Source: a virus (taxonomy: Duplodnaviria; Caudoviricetes). From it: a stretch of DNA of 56,924 bases. Below the pieces are notes generated by a model that had not been told where the DNA came from, made no database searches, and saw nothing but the letters and a program-made list of their open reading frames with translations. A program made the position numbers and the translations under genes. The DNA lies in the IMG/VR virus record IMGVR_UViG_3300045781_000081, positions 1 through 56,924 of that record; one strand, written 5' to 3'. Shown piece after piece: positions 28,079 through 36,334 of this stretch (position 1 is its first letter; every line of letters starts with the position of its first letter).

Positions 28079-29008
28079 TCAACCTCGTCTGTAGCTAGCC
28101 TCGCGCATTTCCCTGATCACATCTGCTGCCGGGCGCTTGTCGTCGTCGGTATCCAACGCGCCTCGCTGCTGACTTGCCGGTGTGACCGGGGGTGGCGCTC
28201 CGCTAACCTTCTTGACGGGCGTGTTGTTTGCCGCTGTGATAGCGGATTCGATTTTTACCAGTTCCCTCATTGCCGCCACCGGGGCGAGTTGCGCAATCCG
28301 CGTGGCGTCCTTCTTGTTGTTAAACAGGTGCCGCAACAGTTCCGGCCCGACTTCCGACTCCAGCACCAATTCCTGAGTTGCCGCGTTGAGCGGTAGATGG
28401 TACTCGCCGGGGAGGTGCCATTTGTTGGCGATGTCCGCCAGCTCCGGGTCAAGCTCGCTCGCTTTCTCCAGGCGCTTGACGTACTCGCTGCGTTTCTGCT
28501 GTACGGTCTGCTGCACCGTCTGTTCCTGCTGTTCCGCCCGCAGGTCGTACTTGGCTTTCTCGATCACGTACTTGTCACGAGCTTCCTGGTACTTGTCGTC
28601 CTCGGCTTCCTGCGCCGCTTCGCCTTCCTCCCAATCGTCAAACTTGCTCCGGTCGATCTTTACCCTGACAGGAGCTTTCGGGACGGTCGGCGCTGCCGGT
28701 GCGGGCGGTGTGGCTGCGGGGCTGTGTGCGGCGGGTGCTTTCCCACCGGCCTCGGCTACGCCACGCCAATATGCTGCTTCCTGTGATGCTTCCTGGCGTT
28801 TTTTCCGTTCCGCAGACAGTGCTGTGGTCAGACCCTTCACCGGGTCCGCTGCCGGTGGATCGCCCGCAGGCGGGTCTGCCGCTGGGGGATCGCTGGCCGG
28901 CGGGTCCGCTGCCGGTGGATCGCCCGCAGGCGGGTCTGCCGCTGGGGGGTCGGTGACTGTGACTTCACCACGCTGATTTCCGAGAATACGTACCAGTCTT
29001 TTAAACAT
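28079..29008 (-). CDS. Scaffolding protein
   Basis: Between portal and coat genes; acidic coiled coil; SEVGPELL..L; APPP.TP. Confidence 0.85.
   Translation of the reverse strand: MFKRLVRILGNQRGEVTVTDPPAADPPAGDPPAADPPASDPPAADPPAGDPPAADPVKGLTTALSAERKKRQEASQEAAYWRGVAEAGGKAPAAHSPAATPPAPAAPTVPKAPVRVKIDRSKFDDWEEGEAAQEAEDDKYQEARDKYVIEKAKYDLRAEQQEQTVQQTVQQKRSEYVKRLEKASELDPELADIANKWHLPGEYHLPLNAATQELVLESEVGPELLRHLFNNKKDATRIAQLAPVAAMRELVKIESAITAANNTPVKKVSGAPPPVTPASQQRGALDTDDDKRPAADVIREMREASYRRG
28841..28951. repeat. 15-nt tandem repeat (DPPAA/G/S) with a 60-nt higher-order repeat
   Basis: 28841-28888 is identical to 28901-28948. Confidence 0.9.
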
Positions 29009-29090
29009 GATCACATCTCCTTTTGCTACGCGCCCGATAGGTCCGGCGACAACCGTTTAGCGCCCGTTAAGGTCGGCTTCACCTTGTTGA

Positions 29091-29333
29091 CTATTTCTTA
29101 CCGCTGCCGAGCAACGTCTTAGTGTGCCGCATGGCTTCTGCCGGCGACTTGGCGATAAGGATTTCCTCACCTTTCGGGCCATAGGCACTCACCGTGAAAC
29201 CGTTATCCGCCTCGGTGATCCGAACCGACCGTTTTTCCCGGTAGCAGCATTCGACGGGTCCATCGGCAATTGTACCCTTCTGTTTACGAACGGATTTCTT
29301 CGCGGTGGCGGGTTTCTTCTTGGGGGTGGTCAT
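29091..29333 (-). CDS. Small basic protein
   Basis: GGAG RBS; Lys-rich N-terminus; I.EADNGF.V motif. Confidence 0.7.
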   Translation of the reverse strand: MTTPKKKPATAKKSVRKQKGTIADGPVECCYREKRSVRITEADNGFTVSAYGPKGEEILIAKSPAEAMRHTKTLLGSGKK

Positions 29334-29345
29334 ATCGGTTCTCCT

Positions 29346-29492
29346 CTAAACGTCAATCCATTCGTGCCCGCACGCGACACATCTGTAATGGTCGTGCCGG
29401 TGATCCGCACCTGGTGTATTGATCAGACCGCACACTGTGAAGTCATGCGGCGCCACTTGGCAACCCGCCGTGCCACAGACCGGGCAACGCAT
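29346..29492 (-). CDS. Zn-ribbon peptide
   Basis: MRCPVC...CVACGHEW, 48 aa, read by hand. Confidence 0.6.
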   Translation of the reverse strand: MRCPVCGTAGCQVAPHDFTVCGLINTPGADHRHDHYRCVACGHEWIDV

Positions 29493-29493
29493 G

Positions 29494-31896
29494 TCACGCG
29501 GCCAACTGCTGCGGTATCAAGTCCGGGTGTTTGCTGGACGGCGAGACACTGTGCAGTTCTTCCAGGATGCGCAGTATCTGCGTCTTGATACCCGACTCGC
29601 TCTCGTTGGTCGCCTTGTAAAGCTCAACCATCTTGACCTTGGCGGTCAGCAGTGCGACCTGCTCTTTGGCCTGTGCTGTCTTTTCCTTCGCCAGCTCAGT
29701 CTGAACCTTGGCAAGTTGCACCTGTATCTGTGGCGGGACGGGCGGCTGGAAGGTCTGTTCACCTTCTTTGAGTGCGACCAGGCCGGCGGGCATGGTACGG
29801 CGTGCGCGGCTTGCCATCTTGTCAGCTCCCAAGAAATCCATATTTTCAAACAGAATATCCTGGTATTTCTCCATACCCTTGGGGTTGGCTTGCGTCATAC
29901 CCTGGAGAATTTGAGTGGCTTCTTGGCGCTGGGTGGCGTAGCTCGGCCCGGTGGTCACAACTATGTCGTACTTGCCCACGGTGATGTCGTTGAACTTCGC
30001 ACCCTTACCCTTCTGCTGGAACAGTTCGACCAGGTGGGTGGTGTTCATCTCTTTGTACCGTTCCGGGTTGGCACGGACGTTTTTAAGGGCGGTTTCCGCG
30101 TTAGTGTTGATCGGCACAATGTGCTCAGTATCATCAATATTGCGTAGCCGCACATCGCGTTCGGAGTCATAGATTTCCGGGATCATGGAATTGATCACTT
30201 TGCCGGAATGCTCAATACCCCGATTGAGGTTGTAGCCGTAGACGTAGGTGGAAATGTCGCCCGGCTTTTGCTTGGCGTAAACGGCGGGGGCGCTGCGCTC
30301 CGGTCCCACTTCTCCCACATCGCCGCCAAACATGCCGATAACTGCTTTCAGATTGTCGTGCGCTCGTTGTGCCTGGGTGAACAGGGCGGTCGGGGGTTGT
30401 GCGGGTGCCTGGCGCATGGGGGGCGGCAGGAGTTGCCCGTTGTCGCCCACGACGGCGTTGTATTTCAGCACCGCGTAGTTCTTCACATTGGCGTTGATAT
30501 AGTCGTTTTCATAATTCTCGATCTGCTCGGCGGTAGCGAGCCAGGGTGCTTTGGGGGCAAGCGCAATGGTTTCAGCCAATGCGGTTTCCCAATAATTGAC
30601 CAGGCGCTGCGCGTCCTTGGCGTCCCGAATGATCCCCTTGATAATCACCTTACCCTTGATGTTGAGCGTCGGACCTGTGATCATCACGATGGGGATATAG
30701 CAGCCGGGTATCGGGTCGCCGTCCAGCAGAGTTTCCGGGTCCAGGTCGTCCTCTTCCCGATAATCCTCGTAACCGTCCTTGCGCGGCGGCAAGATCGTAT
30801 CCATGGTGAGCGTGTAGTGCCGGATGCGATTGACGGGCGTGGTGCGGCGAGCTGTAATTTTCGGCTCGTCGGGCAGCGCCATCGGGGGGAGCGCCGGGGG
30901 AGCGCCGGACGCGGGAGGCGCAGCAGGACCGGTGGGTACCGGCTGACCCGGCTGACCGGGGGGCGTTGAACCGGGGGGTACCGGTCCTGCTGCTACGGGC
31001 GGGTGGCCCGCCTGCGGTGGTGCGCCGGGTGCTGCCTGGTGCGGCGGCGGTGCGGGCTGCGCCTGCTGCGCCTGCTCCAGCTTGTACTCGCGCAACTCTT
31101 TCCAGTCGGAGATCAGTTTCTTGGCGTCGGCCTCGGGTAACACGGTGCCGTCTTCCATCTGGCAGAAGGTGACTTTTTCCGGTTTGACCACATAATAGTC
31201 GATGACCGCCACCGAGTCCTCGGAATACATGCCCTCCAGGCCGGTTGTGGCGAGCGCCTTGTTGGGCAGGTCCGCGTCCGGCCAAAATTCCTTGAACTCG
31301 TCCTTGGGCATCATGTCGTAAATAAACCCGTACTTCGCGTCCGCTCCCGCCGCGTCCTTGCGGTGCGAGTCGAGGTACACGTTGAACGGGTTGGGGATCA
31401 GTTCTTCGTAGATTTCCTGGAGAAAGGGATTGTCTTCACAGTACCGGGTGCCGACGCGCCACGCGCCGTAGCCGGCGGGTACCTGCGTCTTGCCTGCTTC
31501 CAGGTAGATGTCCTCGGCGTTGGAAATGTACTCGGTGTTGGCGATGATCCCGGCGCGGATACGGGCGATGTGGGGGTCTGCTTTGTAATCGACGGGTTTT
31601 ACGGAGATGCGAGCGCGGTTGTGCAGCATGTCACCGACGACTTGTGCGGGGAATTTAGTGATTATAGGGACTTCGATGCAAGGGCGACCGTCGCGGGTCC
31701 GGTCGTCGCGCTCTTTCTGCGCCCACTGGTTGCCTGCAACGGTGAACTCAAGGCACTCTACTGCGTGGCGACGGTTCTCGGCGTCGAGTTTGATTTCATA
31801 CTCAAGACGCTTTCTAACTTTCGCTAGAAACTTCTTGGTACTCTCGTCAGTCGCTTCCTGTGCCTTGGTTTTCTTAGCCAAAGTAAGTCTCCGCAT
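29494..31896 (-). CDS. Portal protein (P22 gp1-like)
   Basis: G.QW...R...GRPC, GYGAWRV, KDAQRLVNY, GKYD.VV.TGPSYATQRQE; Pro/Gln-rich insert near 30870-31080. Confidence 0.95.
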   Translation of the reverse strand: MRRLTLAKKTKAQEATDESTKKFLAKVRKRLEYEIKLDAENRRHAVECLEFTVAGNQWAQKERDDRTRDGRPCIEVPIITKFPAQVVGDMLHNRARISVKPVDYKADPHIARIRAGIIANTEYISNAEDIYLEAGKTQVPAGYGAWRVGTRYCEDNPFLQEIYEELIPNPFNVYLDSHRKDAAGADAKYGFIYDMMPKDEFKEFWPDADLPNKALATTGLEGMYSEDSVAVIDYYVVKPEKVTFCQMEDGTVLPEADAKKLISDWKELREYKLEQAQQAQPAPPPHQAAPGAPPQAGHPPVAAGPVPPGSTPPGQPGQPVPTGPAAPPASGAPPALPPMALPDEPKITARRTTPVNRIRHYTLTMDTILPPRKDGYEDYREEDDLDPETLLDGDPIPGCYIPIVMITGPTLNIKGKVIIKGIIRDAKDAQRLVNYWETALAETIALAPKAPWLATAEQIENYENDYINANVKNYAVLKYNAVVGDNGQLLPPPMRQAPAQPPTALFTQAQRAHDNLKAVIGMFGGDVGEVGPERSAPAVYAKQKPGDISTYVYGYNLNRGIEHSGKVINSMIPEIYDSERDVRLRNIDDTEHIVPINTNAETALKNVRANPERYKEMNTTHLVELFQQKGKGAKFNDITVGKYDIVVTTGPSYATQRQEATQILQGMTQANPKGMEKYQDILFENMDFLGADKMASRARRTMPAGLVALKEGEQTFQPPVPPQIQVQLAKVQTELAKEKTAQAKEQVALLTAKVKMVELYKATNESESGIKTQILRILEELHSVSPSSKHPDLIPQQLAA

Positions 31897-31982
31897 GTGC
31901 GGTGCACGCCAAATGAAACCGGCTGGTGGTAGTTTGTCATGAGCCTTACACCCTTACGGGTGATAAAGTCAAGAGAAATTAA

Positions 31983-33713
31983 TTACATCTCGCCCCGAAT
32001 ACGTCGCGCTGCCATCATGGAGCCGACTGACTGAGGTTTGGGGCGGCTCGCCAGGTTGAATTTGTACGTTTTGATGATGTCATACGTGTACGCCCAACCG
32101 TTGATACAGTCGGGATGGTAGTACGGGTGCAGGTCCATCTCTGTGGTGATTTTTAACATGTCCTCGTCACTCACCTCGGTGGACACATACAACTTCCCGT
32201 TGCAAAGCGGCCATTCCAGCGCGGCCTCGACGCGTTCTTCCGTGGACCTGCCACCGGGGCGTAGCAGTATGAGCGATCCCGTCTCGGTCGAGACGCGGCG
32301 TCCGTGCGCCTTGAGTGCGCCGGCAATGTGAATTTCCGTGGTGGACAGACCGACTTTCTCGACTGCGATTGCCCGGATGAAACCGCCGTTCAGGTACATG
32401 TCGATGACGGTGTTGATCGCCTCGGCGTGCGTCAGTTCGTCGGCAACCATCCGCTCCAGGTAGCAGTCCGACGCTCCCAGCTCGTTCATGATCGGGTTTA
32501 CGGAGATGATACCGATGAACCACTTGTCACCTTTACGGGTCGCTTTAGACCTGGTGTCGGTGCCACCGGCCTGGTCAATGATAAGGAACTTGTAACGGTC
32601 TTTCGGCATGAAACGCGGCTCGATCCGCTTGAGCATTTTGCTGTCAAGTTTCACGTCCTTAACCGGGGTCGGGTTGCAGAGCTGTTGTGAGTCAAAATAT
32701 TTACTGGTTTTCAGCTTGTCGAGTCGTTCCTGGGGGAGCAGCACTGGTCTGCCTGTCTTGGTGCCGTCGTGGGTAGCTGCTTTGATGATCGTTCGGTAGA
32801 GTTTTTCACCGTGAATGTCCTTCTTGTCACGGATTTGGACCAGCGCACCGACGTGGCTGTAATAGGTACCGACGATCAGCTCCGTACCACCATCCGTTCC
32901 AAGGTTGTCCGACATCTCAAACGCCGCGAAACAAAGGTTCAATTGATCCGGTGACTTGGCAATGTCGAATGTCTCGCAGTCGTCATAGACGCGATGATCA
33001 AAGTGACCACCCGTTGGCATCCCCTCGATCAGACCGAACGCCTCAACCGTGTTTTCCCTGCGACTGGCCGATTTCCGTTTGATCCGGATACCGTTTTGCA
33101 GCGACCAGGACGGCGATTCAGTGTCAGGTTTCTCGTAAAGAATATCGGGGAAACACTGCCACATGACCTCTTTTTGCAGCGTTTCGCGGATGCCGGACAG
33201 GAATTTGTCGGCTGCGGGTTTTTTGAAGGAGAATAACGCGGTGGTGCATTCCGGGTCGTTGAGGATACGCTTGATCGTCAAACCCATTGTGATCACAGTG
33301 GATTTGAAGTGCTCGCGTGCGTAGTTGTGGAACGCTCCGGTGTGGCTCAATCCACCGTCCGGGGTGCTCGCTTCCAGTTCGTTACACATTTCTACGACGA
33401 ACGGGTGGTTGGCCGGCGGCACCTCCATGATAAAATGGACGATGAAGAACAGGTCACCCTTGGTGAACAGCCGTACAATTGATTTTGCGAACCGCTCACG
33501 ATCTACCGGGGGCTGCGCGGCGATGTCGCGGAACGCTTTTTCATAGTCGTGGGCGTACCAGGTGAGCCAGGGGAAGTCAGGGTGTGACGCGGGGTCGGCT
33601 AGGTACTGGTCGTCAGACGGCAGAGACAGAGCAAACCGTGTCAGGTCGGCGTCATAGACGGACCTGCACGGCGCGATCTGCGGGTGCGGAATGAATTTTG
33701 GAAGCGTTTGCAA
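31983..33713 (-). CDS. terL: Terminase large subunit
   Basis: REHFKST Walker A, GGHFD...YDD, GTYY, IIDQAG nuclease motif, HPDCI; TTG start after GGAG, downstream of the tRNA. Confidence 0.92.
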   Translation of the reverse strand: MQTLPKFIPHPQIAPCRSVYDADLTRFALSLPSDDQYLADPASHPDFPWLTWYAHDYEKAFRDIAAQPPVDRERFAKSIVRLFTKGDLFFIVHFIMEVPPANHPFVVEMCNELEASTPDGGLSHTGAFHNYAREHFKSTVITMGLTIKRILNDPECTTALFSFKKPAADKFLSGIRETLQKEVMWQCFPDILYEKPDTESPSWSLQNGIRIKRKSASRRENTVEAFGLIEGMPTGGHFDHRVYDDCETFDIAKSPDQLNLCFAAFEMSDNLGTDGGTELIVGTYYSHVGALVQIRDKKDIHGEKLYRTIIKAATHDGTKTGRPVLLPQERLDKLKTSKYFDSQQLCNPTPVKDVKLDSKMLKRIEPRFMPKDRYKFLIIDQAGGTDTRSKATRKGDKWFIGIISVNPIMNELGASDCYLERMVADELTHAEAINTVIDMYLNGGFIRAIAVEKVGLSTTEIHIAGALKAHGRRVSTETGSLILLRPGGRSTEERVEAALEWPLCNGKLYVSTEVSDEDMLKITTEMDLHPYYHPDCINGWAYTYDIIKTYKFNLASRPKPQSVGSMMAARRIRGEM

Positions 33714-33761
33714 TATGACTCCGCGTGTGCGGTTCGGGCGCGTGTGGCGTCGCAGGTTACT

Positions 33762-33837
33762 TGGCGGCGGGGGTTGGGATTGAACCAACGACCACGGGAT
33801 TCAAAGTCCCGCGCTCTACCAACTGAGCTACCCCGCT
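33762..33837 (-). tRNA. tRNA-Gln (UUG)
   Basis: 76-nt cloverleaf: GCTC/GAGC D-arm, CGGGA-CTTTGAA-TCCCG anticodon arm, GTTGG-TTCAATC-CCAAC T-arm, encoded CCA. Confidence 0.95.
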
Positions 33838-34252
33838 AAACGGTGTACGTCGGTCGTATCCGTATGAGCAGACACACTCGCATGATATACGTGCATTTGT
33901 CAATGTCGAACATTCGGACGACACGACATGTGATGTTCTGATATGTTTCTACTGCTGCGTCCTCAACGCCGACTGGTAGCGCGACTTTAACGCTGTCATG
34001 GTCAATCATTCTCGGTAACTTGATGTACTGGTGGTCCATCCAAACGTAGTGCTCCGGGTTGGTCAACAGCGGTTTAAGGTACTTGTCTCTCAAATCCTCC
34101 AGTGAACCATTCAACTCCAGTTCTGTCGGGCTAGTGAACAAGCACGTTCGGGTTGTGAAGTCGCAGCCCTTGGGTGCATTCATTTCCAGATCGTTCGTCG
34201 CCAAAAGCAACAACTGTCGCGCAATGTGTGTCATACTGATTCGTTTTTCCAT
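33836..34252 (-). CDS. Miniature major-capsid paralog 2
   Basis: 13/38 identical, ungapped, to coat residues 362-399; N-terminal and spine-helix blocks also align; AGGAGG RBS. Confidence 0.75.
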   Translation of the reverse strand: MEKRISMTHIARQLLLLATNDLEMNAPKGCDFTTRTCLFTSPTELELNGSLEDLRDKYLKPLLTNPEHYVWMDHQYIKLPRMIDHDSVKVALPVGVEDAAVETYQNITCRVVRMFDIDKCTYIMRVCLLIRIRPTYTV

Positions 34253-34263
34253 GTGACCTCCTG

Positions 34264-34551
34264 TTACCACATTTTCATACCTACCGTCAACGCATTCTCG
34301 CTCGGTTCACCGAGTTTAACGCATTCCTTGGGTTTCGCCTTGGGGTGGTTTTCACTCATATATACGAACAGCATGTCCGCGAGCGCCTTGTGGATTACCG
34401 GAATGTTTTTCTCCAGACGGCAGGTGTCGGTGACCACGCGCCAATCGGTTCCCACACATATCTCGACGCGGGCGTGGTACTGCTGTTCGTTTATGTCGTA
34501 GGCGGACAGCTTGCGCGTGAAAGAATCAAACTGCTTGCGGGTCAAGGACAT
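34264..34551 (-). CDS. Hypothetical protein between the mini-capsid genes
   Basis: Tightly packed ORF. Confidence 0.6.
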   Translation of the reverse strand: MSLTRKQFDSFTRKLSAYDINEQQYHARVEICVGTDWRVVTDTCRLEKNIPVIHKALADMLFVYMSENHPKAKPKECVKLGEPSENALTVGMKMW

Positions 34552-34946
34552 ACCACCCCCACGTCGAATTTGAGACTCACCGCAACAAACCCTTCCACCC
34601 ACGACATGTCAATGAGGCGAACTGATAAACCATTGAGTGTTTCTCTCACTGAATTGAAATCTTTACTAGCCAATGGTAGCATTACGGTTCCCATGTCGCA
34701 GCAGTTATTGTCTAACCAAAGTTCTATCATCATGCCGGCCAATGTTGACGCGGCAGGTCTTAAATATCTCAGAGAAAAATCAAGTATTGGGAGTTTTAAA
34801 TCAGCAGGTTTAACGTGCATGTCTATACCGAGAATGTCTTTTCTTCTATTGGTAGAAATACATGTCATTGGTATCTGATCCACATATTGACTTAGAATTT
34901 TAAGAAATTTTCGGTTTATTTGAATCAGGTTGATTTCATCACGCAT
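34542..34946 (-). CDS. Miniature major-capsid paralog 1 (possible longer form from 35150)
   Basis: 16/37 identical, ungapped, to coat residues 80-116; N- and C-terminal blocks also align; GGAGG RBS. Confidence 0.8.
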   Translation of the reverse strand: MRDEINLIQINRKFLKILSQYVDQIPMTCISTNRRKDILGIDMHVKPADLKLPILDFSLRYLRPAASTLAGMMIELWLDNNCCDMGTVMLPLASKDFNSVRETLNGLSVRLIDMSWVEGFVAVSLKFDVGVVCP

Positions 34947-35151
34947 GTGATCCCCTCCTACCCTGCGCTGTGCCCTGGGTTGCCGCTCCTTAACCGGTGC
35001 GAGCCGGTTATCCTGTGCTGCTGCTACCCGGTTGCTGTAACCCACGATCAGTTCGTGCTCCCAACACCCCGGTCGTGGTAATGAACCCTCGTACCGGATT
35101 CCGCAGGTTTTGCAGATTATCAGATTTGGGCCACTTTGCTGTGTCTCCACG

Positions 35152-35505
35152 CTACACCTCCACCACGCCGGACAGCTCCGACTCGCGCATGATCCGCACC
35201 GGATAATCCCACGGCAACCGCGCCCGACCCGCCTCAGCGGGGAACATGACGGTCATACCTACCTCGACCTCCAGGGGGAGCAGCACGTCGCGTTTAGAGC
35301 GCCGGCCCGGTCCGACAACCTCGACCACGCCTTGCATGACGGTGCCAGGCTGCGGGCCGGACGGAGTGACGTACACCAGACCGTCGTGCAACGGTGGTGC
35401 GCTCTCTCTGACCGCGATCCAGTCAGCGATGAGGCGCAGGGCGCGGGGGGTGGCTCCGGGGGCGATGGAGCGGCCTGATCCTTCTTGTCTGAGTCCGTGT
35501 GTCAT
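35152..35505 (-). CDS. groES: GroES/Cpn10 co-chaperonin homolog
   Basis: LR.I.D.I.VR, G.V..VGPGR, PLEV.VG..V.F, IMRESEL.GVV. Confidence 0.85.
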   Translation of the reverse strand: MTHGLRQEGSGRSIAPGATPRALRLIADWIAVRESAPPLHDGLVYVTPSGPQPGTVMQGVVEVVGPGRRSKRDVLLPLEVEVGMTVMFPAEAGRARLPWDYPVRIMRESELSGVVEV

Positions 35506-35723
35506 TCTGCTACCTCGCTCGATGCTTCCAACATGTCGTGTTGCAGCACTGTGACCATGCCGATATACGGGAAAATGTCACCAACCGGGCTGTACCTGGT
35601 CATCAACGAACCGTCCTGCCTGCGCCCGATCAGCACGATCTCGGTCAATCCTGCCTCGGTGGCTTCGTTGAGCACGTTCTGTACTGAATCCGTGCGGAAT
35701 AATTGGTGTACCTTTGCGGTCAT
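35502..35723 (-). CDS. Hypothetical protein
   Basis: ATGA coupling on both sides. Confidence 0.65.
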   Translation of the reverse strand: MTAKVHQLFRTDSVQNVLNEATEAGLTEIVLIGRRQDGSLMTRYSPVGDIFPYIGMVTVLQHDMLEASSEVAE

Positions 35724-35848
35724 AGCGTAAAATGTGTTCTGGAGCCGTCCGCTTCAAATGCCGTACCGCATTTTCTGCAAACGTAAAACGGGGTGCCGGA
35801 CGCTCCGATTGTGTCGATTTCTTTGGATGTGCAATTGGGGCAGTTCAT
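35720..35848 (-). CDS. Zn-ribbon peptide
   Basis: MNCPNC...CRKCG, 42 aa; AGGAG RBS. Confidence 0.6.
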   Translation of the reverse strand: MNCPNCTSKEIDTIGASGTPFYVCRKCGTAFEADGSRTHFTL

Positions 35849-35903
35849 GTGGTGCTCCTGTAAAACCCCGACCTCACCAGTGGGACTGTAAACAGTAGAT
35901 TTG

Positions 35904-36257
35904 TCATTTCTTTTCCGCCTTCTTGATAGCGCGCACGATTGTGGGCTTTTTGGCCTGTTTCTTTGTTATAACTACTTCACCTTTGTGAACTAACGCCGGT
36001 CCGGTCTTCTTTACCTTCCCGCCATTTTTATACGCCGGAAGTAATGTTGAACCGCCATCAGTACTAAATGGCCGCTTGGGTATGGAAGGTGCTGTGGCGA
36101 ACGACCCTGTTTTTTGAGCAGCGTCATTTCTGGCGTTGTTTGATGTTTCATTCTTGTATTGAGAAATAGGCTTTTCTGAGGCGGCCCTTTCCTTTGAGTT
36201 TTTACTTCTTCGTTCGCTTTCTGAAATCTTTATTTTCTCTCTGTCTGTTAATTTCAT
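35904..36257 (-). CDS. Basic protein with YKNGGKV...VHKGEVV motif
   Basis: GGAGG RBS; lower GC; motif visible in the translation. Confidence 0.7.
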   Translation of the reverse strand: MKLTDREKIKISESERRSKNSKERAASEKPISQYKNETSNNARNDAAQKTGSFATAPSIPKRPFSTDGGSTLLPAYKNGGKVKKTGPALVHKGEVVITKKQAKKPTIVRAIKKAEKK

Positions 36258-36334
36258 TTCTTTTCCTCCGGTAGAACTAGCTTGTTTCCTGGTTCTACTC
36301 TGTTGAAGTAATCTTTAAGCTCGTCGACAGTGTG

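Noticed and set aside
33714-33788. terL N-terminal extension from the ORF track
   Set aside because: Overlaps the tRNA; the TTG at 33713 has a proper GGAG RBS.
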